Source: an uncultured bacterium
GTDB taxonomy: Bacteria; Actinomycetota; Acidimicrobiia; Spongiisociales; UBA5794
Reading direction: 5' to 3'
Length of the DNA stretch: 64,000 bases
NCBI GenBank assembly: GCA_963801165.1
Contig: CAWDDT010000006.1
Location: 1-64,000, forward strand
Shown: positions 57,745-64,000 of the stretch, one piece after another
How positions within the stretch are numbered: the stretch's first letter is position 1
Layout of the letters: the number at the start of each line of letters is the position of its first letter
Notes under the pieces: model-generated
The model's input: the letters and a program-made list of their open reading frames with translations, nothing else
The model's database searches: none
Told to the model about the DNA's origin: nothing
Made by a program: the position numbers and the translations under genes

Positions 57745-58857
57745 ATGATCGAGCCAGAGCGGATCAACACCGTCGTTATCGGAGGGGGACAGAGCGGATT
57801 GTCAGTCGGGTATCACCTCGCCCGGCGTCGGATCCCGTTCGTCATCCTGGACGCAAAGGAGCGAATCGGAGATGCCTGGCGCAACCGTTGGGACTCGCTG
57901 CGTCTCTTCACCCCCGCCCACGAGGACGGGCTGGACGGCATGGAGTTTCCGGCGCCGGGGGAGTACGCCCCGACGAAAGACGAGATGGCCGACTATCTAG
58001 AGAGTTATGCCGAGCACTTCGAGCTGCCGGTGCGCCTCCGTACGCGAGTCGATCGGCTCTCCGCCAACGGTGACACCTATATGGTGGCGAGCGGCGCTCA
58101 CGTGATCGAGGCCGCCAACGTCGTGGTGGCGATGTCGGGTTGGCAGCGTGGGCGGGTGCTGGACCTCGCGGCCGATCTCGATCCGAACATCTACCAGATC
58201 CGATCGGAGGAGTACCGGCGCCCATCGCAGCTGCCGGTCGGCGACGTGCTCGTGGTGGGGGCCGCGAACTCGGGGGCGGAAGTTGCCCTCGACCTGGCCG
58301 CGGACCGCCATGTGTGGTTGGCCGGCCGCCACCCAGGGCATATTCCGTTCGACATCGACGGCTGGTTCGGGCGCAAGATCGGGGTTCGGCTTGTCGGCTT
58401 CTTGTTCCACCGGGTCTTCACCAAGGCCAATCCGCTCGGGCGCAAGTTCATCGCCAAGGTATACGGCAAGGGCATGCCGCTGGTGCGCACCAAGCCGAAG
58501 GATCTCGTTGCAGCCGGTGTCGAGATGGTCGGCCGCATCGATGAGGTGCGGGACGGGATGCCAGTAGCTACCGACGGCGAGGTTATCTCCCCGGATGTGA
58601 TCGTATGGGCGTGCGGCTACGAGCCGGGGTTCGACTGGATCGACATCGGCGTGCTCGACGACGGCGGTTACCCACGTCACCGCTCGGGCATCGTCGACGA
58701 GCAGCCGGGGCTCTACTTCGTCGGACTACCGTTCCTGTACTCTGTCTCCTCGCACACTGTCGATGGGGTCGGGCGAGATGCCGACAGGGTCGCAGATGAC
58801 ATCGCCGCCCGAAACGACGCCCGCCAACTGGTGAGCGGTGTGGCTAGCCGCTCGTAG
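57745..58857 (+). CDS. Flavin-containing monooxygenase-like oxidoreductase
   Basis: IGGGQSG, WDSLRLFTP, VVGAANSGAE, WACGY, GLYFVGL. Confidence 0.9.
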   Translation: MIEPERINTVVIGGGQSGLSVGYHLARRRIPFVILDAKERIGDAWRNRWDSLRLFTPAHEDGLDGMEFPAPGEYAPTKDEMADYLESYAEHFELPVRLRTRVDRLSANGDTYMVASGAHVIEAANVVVAMSGWQRGRVLDLAADLDPNIYQIRSEEYRRPSQLPVGDVLVVGAANSGAEVALDLAADRHVWLAGRHPGHIPFDIDGWFGRKIGVRLVGFLFHRVFTKANPLGRKFIAKVYGKGMPLVRTKPKDLVAAGVEMVGRIDEVRDGMPVATDGEVISPDVIVWACGYEPGFDWIDIGVLDDGGYPRHRSGIVDEQPGLYFVGLPFLYSVSSHTVDGVGRDADRVADDIAARNDARQLVSGVASRS

Positions 58858-59301
58858 CTGTCTCGACGGCGGCATCGGACGGCTGCCGCGACACATGGTG
58901 ATGCTTGGTACAACGCCACTTCATGTCCGGCAGCGCAGCGAGGGACTCCGCGGGTCAATGTCCATAGGTCTCTGGGATCTAGCGGCACCACGGACGACAC
59001 TGTGAAGGGCGGCACAATCTCGAAGACGACCGCGGACCCGTCCGCATCCTCGGTCCCGACAGCCACAGACCGCACAACCACAGACGGGTTGCTCTGGGAG
59101 GCACAGGCGTGGGTTCGGGCGTCGAAGAACCTGCCGTCGGAATGTCCGGCTGCGGCGTCTTGCCCGGTCACGATCGAATCGCATATCATTGACCATCCGG
59201 GCGGGACCCGCCGGGTGCCCCAGGGCGCCGATTGTGGCCAATGTCGCTGGCCTTCGCCGAATTTGCGCCGCTGGGGGTTTTTGAGCGGAAGGCGGCCAGT
59301 G

Positions 59302-59532
59302 ATGAGTTCAGTATCAGGTTTCTATTCGAAAATCCGAGGACGGCTGACTGATAGGAGGTCACGTCGAAACCGGGAGGATCTGATCACTCGGATCGGTGAG
59401 CTGACCTACGTGCAGCGCAGCGATCCCTCCACCGGCTACGACGCGGAGATCGAGGGGCTTGTTGAAGAGGTTCGGCACCTGGAGCGCGTGCAAGAACTCC
59501 GCCACCGCAAAGAGATTGCCGAGGGTGATTAG
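59302..59532 (+). CDS. Small hypothetical protein
   Basis: RRNREDLITRIGELTYVQR..YDAEIEGLVEEVR helical pattern. Confidence 0.55.
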   Translation: MSSVSGFYSKIRGRLTDRRSRRNREDLITRIGELTYVQRSDPSTGYDAEIEGLVEEVRHLERVQELRHRKEIAEGD

Positions 59533-60004
59533 CACTAGTAGTCGATTTCATCGAAATCGATGGAAGCGGTTGGGGGCCGGCTAGGGGAAGCTGGGCATCC
59601 ACGCGCTCGTGCCTCGATGGTGACATCTCGCCGATGATCTCATTGCTCGGGCCATTCTCGAGCACGAACACATAGTCAGCCTCGGGGTCATGCCAGCCCG
59701 ACGACTACACACCCACATCAACGACCACCGTCAACGTTGAAAAGGCGATGGTTGTGCTGCCAGTGTTGTGAGCGGCCGCTATCACCACGGCAACGGCATG
59801 CTGAATGGCCGATGACAAGGCCCCCAAAAACAGTCCGGTTCCGACGAACTCGGGCTCGGCTATGACTGTTGGCGTGGGCTCTGTCGTGGGGATTCGCTGA
59901 GTGGAGCGACGGGACGGCTTTTCCGTCCAGATCGGCGTCTTCGACGGCCACGTTCGTATCCTCTCGTGATGCGCGTTCGCCGCGGCGCGACCGCGGCGAA
60001 CTCC

Positions 60005-60145
60005 TCAGGAGTCAGTTTCGGGAGGAGGCATTTCTTCTTGCGGTGGTGTTTCGCGGTTGCCACGCCGAGATATCCGCGCAACGAACGCGGCGATTGCGGT
60101 CCCGACTGCTGCCAGACCCAGCCACTTCTTCTTAGAATCGCCCAT
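60005..60145 (-). CDS. Small single-TM protein (46 aa)
   Basis: RBS AAGGAGG; KKKWLGLAAVGTAIAAFVARISRR. Confidence 0.6.
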   Translation of the reverse strand: MGDSKKKWLGLAAVGTAIAAFVARISRRGNRETPPQEEMPPPETDS

Positions 60146-60237
60146 GCTCTCCTCCTTGACTATTGACCTGCTTATCATGTTACTTGACATCTAACTATAC
60201 TTCAGACTTGATTCCCTACACCCGAACGGAGCTAGAC

Positions 60238-60834
60238 GTGACCGATCGTGTCGACAGCATCATCGAGGAGTGGCAGCAGCGACGACCGGACCTCGACACC
60301 TCCGCTCTCGCGGTCGTCTCTCGTGTGCTCCGAGCGTCCCATCATCTCCAGGCGACGCTGGACGACATCGCAGCTGCCTACGGCCTGAGTCATCAGGGCG
60401 ATCTCGACGTTCTCACCGAGATCTATCGGGCGAACCCGGAGCACGGGCTCACGCCGAGCAGGCTCGCGGACGCTCTGCTATTGACAGCCGGAGGCATGAC
60501 GGTTCGCCTTCATCGCCTCCAGGACGCCGGACTGGTCAGCCGTACCCCCAACCCGCACGACGGCCGGGGCGTTCTTGTCCGCCTAACGCCGAAAGGGATC
60601 GACCTGGCCGAGCACGCACTCTTGACACATCTCGACGCCCAGGCCAACAGCATCCGAAGCCTATCGGCGGTCGATCGCGGCGAACTTGCCAGCCTTCTCC
60701 GAACCCTGCTCGAGGGTCTCGGCGACGTACCCGCATTCCGGCCACCAATATCGGTCGAGAGAAACCACGTAGGACCATCTCGCGCCAGGATCGGTGATCG
60801 GTCGAAGGATCGAAGTCACCAACACCGCGCGTGA
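60238..60834 (+). CDS. MarR family regulator
   Basis: DRVDSIIEEW..RPDLDTS, LTAGGMTVRL, PHDGRGVLVRLTPKG. Confidence 0.92.
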   Translation: MTDRVDSIIEEWQQRRPDLDTSALAVVSRVLRASHHLQATLDDIAAAYGLSHQGDLDVLTEIYRANPEHGLTPSRLADALLLTAGGMTVRLHRLQDAGLVSRTPNPHDGRGVLVRLTPKGIDLAEHALLTHLDAQANSIRSLSAVDRGELASLLRTLLEGLGDVPAFRPPISVERNHVGPSRARIGDRSKDRSHQHRA

Positions 60835-60983
60835 ATCCGTCGCCGCGTCGTTGTATGCCGTCGCCGCTGGAATCGAAGGTGGCCGCTTCGTTGGGGCGGA
60901 CGGGCACATGCCCGACGACCTGACGCCGAACCTCGTTGCCCCGGACGGACCACATGGCCAGGGCGCCGGCAATGCCGCATCAC

Positions 60984-61601
60984 TCACTCGGGCTCGAGCA
61001 AAGCACCGGTCAGTGCCACAACGAGCCATTGACGGTAGCGTTCTGGAGACCAGACGCCCTCGCTGACGAGCTTCTGGTAGACGCGCGGGTGGGCGAGGGA
61101 CCAGATGGCCGCAGCGGCCTCCTCCTCGCCGAGTCGGCAACGCCGCGGGCTCTTCTCGACCATGAGCCGGGCCGGCATCCGGTAGTTGGCCATGCGTCTG
61201 TCTTCACGTTCCCGTTCGAAGGCGGCGACTTCAGAGTCGACCGCGGCAGCCTCCCGGATCATGCGAAACACGGGTCCCGATCGGGCGTGCACCTCCACGA
61301 ACCAGTCGGCCAGGACATCGATGATGTCCGTAGCGTCCGCGAGTTGCTCGGTTCTTCTGCTCATGAACTCCGGCACCGGTCGTGGAGCCTCGGAGCCTGA
61401 GACGGTTTCATCGAGCACGAGATTGAGGACTGCGGCCTTTGATCCCACGACGTTGTAGATGGTCTGAATCGCAACGCCGGCTTCGGCGGCGAGGTCGGCG
61501 ATGGTCGTGGCTCGATATCCGCGCTGAAGGAAGAGCGCGGTTGCTGCTTCTGCGATCCGGCGTGCGGTCGCTCGTTGCATTTGGTCTTGACGGATGGTCA
61601 T
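60984..61601 (-). CDS. TetR family regulator
   Basis: TTIADLAAEAGVAIQTIYNVVGSKA, WSPERYRQWL; start uncertain. Confidence 0.9.
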   Translation of the reverse strand: MTIRQDQMQRATARRIAEAATALFLQRGYRATTIADLAAEAGVAIQTIYNVVGSKAAVLNLVLDETVSGSEAPRPVPEFMSRRTEQLADATDIIDVLADWFVEVHARSGPVFRMIREAAAVDSEVAAFEREREDRRMANYRMPARLMVEKSPRRCRLGEEEAAAAIWSLAHPRVYQKLVSEGVWSPERYRQWLVVALTGALLEPE

Positions 61602-61622
61602 TTGGAATGCCATACTAAACAA

Positions 61623-62129
61623 ATGGAATCATATTCTAATCATGAATCGCTCGGGTCGCCTATCCACCGTCGGCTCGGCGAGGGCGAGGCCGTCTGGGCG
61701 ATGGGTTCACTCTTCGAGATCAAGCTCGACACGGCAGAGACCGCTGGGGGTTTCGAGCTCGCCGAGATCCATCAGCCGCCCGGGGTTGCCACCCCTTTGC
61801 ATAGCCACCGGCGGGAGGCCGAGGTGTTCTACGTGATAGACGGGAGACTCGACTATGAGGCAGGTGGCGAGATTTATCAGCTGGAGGCGGGCTCGACCAT
61901 GTACCTGCCGATGGGGGTACCTCACCGCTTCCGGATCAGGGGCACCACACCGGCGACGATTCTTGCAATGGTCAGTCCGGGAGGCCTATTCGACCTATAC
62001 CGCCAGGTGGGAGTTCCCGCCGGTGATCGATCTATCCCCGAGTACCCGGATCCCGCTGAGCTTGGCCGGTGGGGCAATGTAGCGCCCCGGTTTGGGCTGG
62101 AGGTGCTTGGTCCACCACTTCCCGAGTGA
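61623..62129 (+). CDS. Cupin-domain protein (quercetinase-like)
   Basis: TPLHSHRREAEVFYVIDG, LPMGVPHRF. Confidence 0.88.
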   Translation: MESYSNHESLGSPIHRRLGEGEAVWAMGSLFEIKLDTAETAGGFELAEIHQPPGVATPLHSHRREAEVFYVIDGRLDYEAGGEIYQLEAGSTMYLPMGVPHRFRIRGTTPATILAMVSPGGLFDLYRQVGVPAGDRSIPEYPDPAELGRWGNVAPRFGLEVLGPPLPE

Positions 62130-62151
62130 CCCGTCGTGGAGAAATCACGTC

Positions 62152-62208
62152 AGGCTTGACCATAGGCTTGACGGCAGGCTTGACGGCAGGCTTGACCGTA
62201 GGCTTGTC
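62152..62208. repeat. 12-bp tandem repeat AGGCTTGACnnn, 4 copies + partial
   Basis: AGGCTTGACCAT AGGCTTGACGGC AGGCTTGACGGC AGGCTTGACCGT AGGCTTGTC. Confidence 0.9.
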
Positions 62209-62342
62209 AGTTCAACGGACGGCCCTGTAACCATAGGAGATCGAACGATGTCCGCCTTCACCAGAACCAATCAGCAGCTGGTGAGCCCGGCCTAGACGGC
62301 GTTCGAGAAGATGTGGCCGAGCAGGCTGGAATGCTGCGTTGG

Positions 62343-62486
62343 TCAGCGTCCGAAGGCGCGGTCCACCGAGTGGTTCGCCGCGCTCTCGGCAGCGGACCGC
62401 TTTGCCTTCTTGTCGAGGCGTTTCTCCTTGAGGCCTTTGGCGGCCACCTTCTTGGTATTTCGGCTGCCCTTGTCCTTGGTACCCAT
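62343..62486 (-). CDS. Small Lys-rich basic protein (47 aa; not in ORF track)
   Basis: RBS GGGAGG; MGTKDKGSRNTKKVAAKGLKEKRLDKKAKRSAAESAANHSVDRAFGR*. Confidence 0.65.
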   Translation of the reverse strand: MGTKDKGSRNTKKVAAKGLKEKRLDKKAKRSAAESAANHSVDRAFGR

Positions 62487-62835
62487 TAGTGCCTCCCGGC
62501 CGGCGACCGAAAGCGGTCACCATATGCCATTGTCCCACACCCGGCGGTCCAGAGCACGCGACATCGGATCGATTAGAGCGTAGAGATAAGAGCCGTGTCC
62601 GGGTGCGCCTATCAATGCGGCGCACAGCATAAGCAGTCCCCGTCGCCCGTCGCCACCGATTCCCGTCTTGCAGGTGGGGATCAACGTCCGCTCTCTTCAT
62701 GCCATCCGCTGCAAGCACCAACCGAGTCTGGAGCTGCTGGCTCTCAGCTTCAGCCGACCACGTCCCGGAGAAGCGAATCCCAATGCTCTTTTGCCCGTCT
62801 AGTCCATGGACCAAGCGTCGACGCTTCGCCGCACC

Positions 62836-63210
62836 CTATGGCTCGGGGTCCGTTTGGACCGCGGTTTTCTGTTTGAGTAGCGCCGAGATTCTCTGGCGGG
62901 TGACGCTGAAGAGCGCTGCGATGGTCTCGATGGTGAGTCCTTCGGCTCGCAAGGCGAGGGCTTCGGCGGCTCGGAACTCGGCGCCGGCGGTTTCCAGAGT
63001 GGCCATGTTGGTTGATATCAATTCGACCATGCGGGGGGTGTCCTCGGCCTCGATCAACTCGACGAGGCTTTCTCCTGCTTGAAGTCGCCGACGGAGATGG
63101 TGAGCACGTCGCTGGAGCTGGCGGTTGCGCTCGACGTTGTCCGCAACGGCGGCTTCGATGTCGGTGAGGGCATCGAGGAGTCGCCCGATCGGTGCATCGT
63201 GTGTGGCCAT
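62836..63210 (-). CDS. Protein with C-terminal HTH
   Basis: LRAEGLTIETIAALFSVTRQRISALL. Confidence 0.75.
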   Translation of the reverse strand: MATHDAPIGRLLDALTDIEAAVADNVERNRQLQRRAHHLRRRLQAGESLVELIEAEDTPRMVELISTNMATLETAGAEFRAAEALALRAEGLTIETIAALFSVTRQRISALLKQKTAVQTDPEP

Positions 63211-63313
63211 TGGCGCGAGTAAAGCAGGCGCAATCCCCCATGTCAACGGCTATAGCCGAAATAGCTATTGCGACGAGACGACCGGGTCCGTATGCTTGCG
63301 TCTGTAACCGAAG

Positions 63314-63589
63314 GTGCAGCTGAACATCGGAGTTGATGTGGCAATTGGAGTTTTCGGGTTCCTGGTCCTGCTGGCGGTGCTGGCCGGCATCGCTCTACCG
63401 ATCGTGGCGCTGGTCGATCTCGTTAGGCGCCCTGCCGCTACGTGGGCGTTGGCGGGTCACAATCAGCTCGTCTGGGCATTGATCATCGTGTTTGTAGGCT
63501 TCGTCGGACCGATCCTGTATCTGCTGATTGCGCGCCCCGCCCTCGATGTCGCGGAAGCGCGGCGCGAAGCGACGGCGGGCCCCGCATAA
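63314..63589 (+). CDS. PLDc_N/DUF2516-like small membrane protein
   Basis: ALVDLVRRP...LVWALIIVFVGFVGPILYL. Confidence 0.75.
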   Translation: MQLNIGVDVAIGVFGFLVLLAVLAGIALPIVALVDLVRRPAATWALAGHNQLVWALIIVFVGFVGPILYLLIARPALDVAEARREATAGPA

Positions 63590-63759
63590 TACGAACAAGA
63601 AGGTGCGCGACGAGAGCGAATCTTCTTGGAGGTGATCCTGTCGTCGAAGGCACCGAGGCCATCCACACCACACAACGGTGGCGTCGATAGAATCGGTTCG
63701 AATCGGTTTGAGGCGGGTTCCTTCCGGCGCCGACGCCGGCTGGCAGATCGGGAGACTCC

Positions 63760-64000
63760 ATGGTCGGGTTGGCGTCGCTGGCGGCGCCGCACGGGGCCGT
63801 TCTCGAGGTATTGATCTCGTTTACCGCGCTCTTGGTGAGTGCCAGGCTTCTCGGTGCGGTCGCTTTGAAATTGGGCCAGAGCTCTGTCGTCGGCGAGCTA
63901 CTCGCTGGCGTTGTGTTGGGGCCGTCGCTTGTCGGTCGGCTCTGGCCGCCGGTGACCGCCTGGTTTGCTCCGCGCACCGAGATCGGGGGGGCGCTGCTGG
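63760..64000 (+). CDS. Cation:proton antiporter (CPA2/Kef type), runs off window end
   Basis: RBS GGAG; ARLLGAVALKLGQSSVVGELLAGVVLGPSLVG. Confidence 0.85.
   Translation, partial: MVGLASLAAPHGAVLEVLISFTALLVSARLLGAVALKLGQSSVVGELLAGVVLGPSLVGRLWPPVTAWFAPRTEIGGALL

Noticed and set aside
58860-59300. Protein-coding gene
   Set aside because: Overlapping ORFs on both strands with no RBS or recognisable motif.
62152-62208. Mini-CRISPR
   Set aside because: 9-bp core with 3-nt variable part is far too short.

Overview
High-GC actinobacterial DNA, probably Acidimicrobiia-like (inferred from gene repertoire, not verified). 1-7.9 kb is core chromosome: frameshifted acyl-CoA synthetase and nfuA, DivIVA-domain gene, plsB, a sulfotransferase and a zincin. 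An intact tRNA-Val(CAC) at 7896-7967 is followed by three more copies of its 3' half (23812, 26323, 41452), defining a tandem array of at least three decayed integrative elements. Tyrosine-integrase debris and 11-bp-period arm-like repeats sit beside the junctions. Two of the tRNA-derived copies carry the same 18-nt hairpin insertion in the T-stem, the most unusual signal I found. Island cargo: regulator+enzyme modules (TetR, ArsR, LysR, MocR; five RibD-C/DHFR-like genes, LLM/PPOX, VOC, FAD oxidase, SDR, hydrolases), two near-identical RelE/Phd TA cassettes plus a third relE relic, an IS481 relic and a LysM-TIGR02594 wall hydrolase. After 41.5 kb: nhaA, a LuxI/FeeM-like GNAT, a phosphatidylserine decarboxylase with an in-frame 21-bp VNTR, a SARP-STAND regulator with lipoprotein/VWD genes, a LuxR-flavoprotein pair and small regulators. 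All family calls are by motif recognition; no searches were run. Some frameshifts may be assembly errors.
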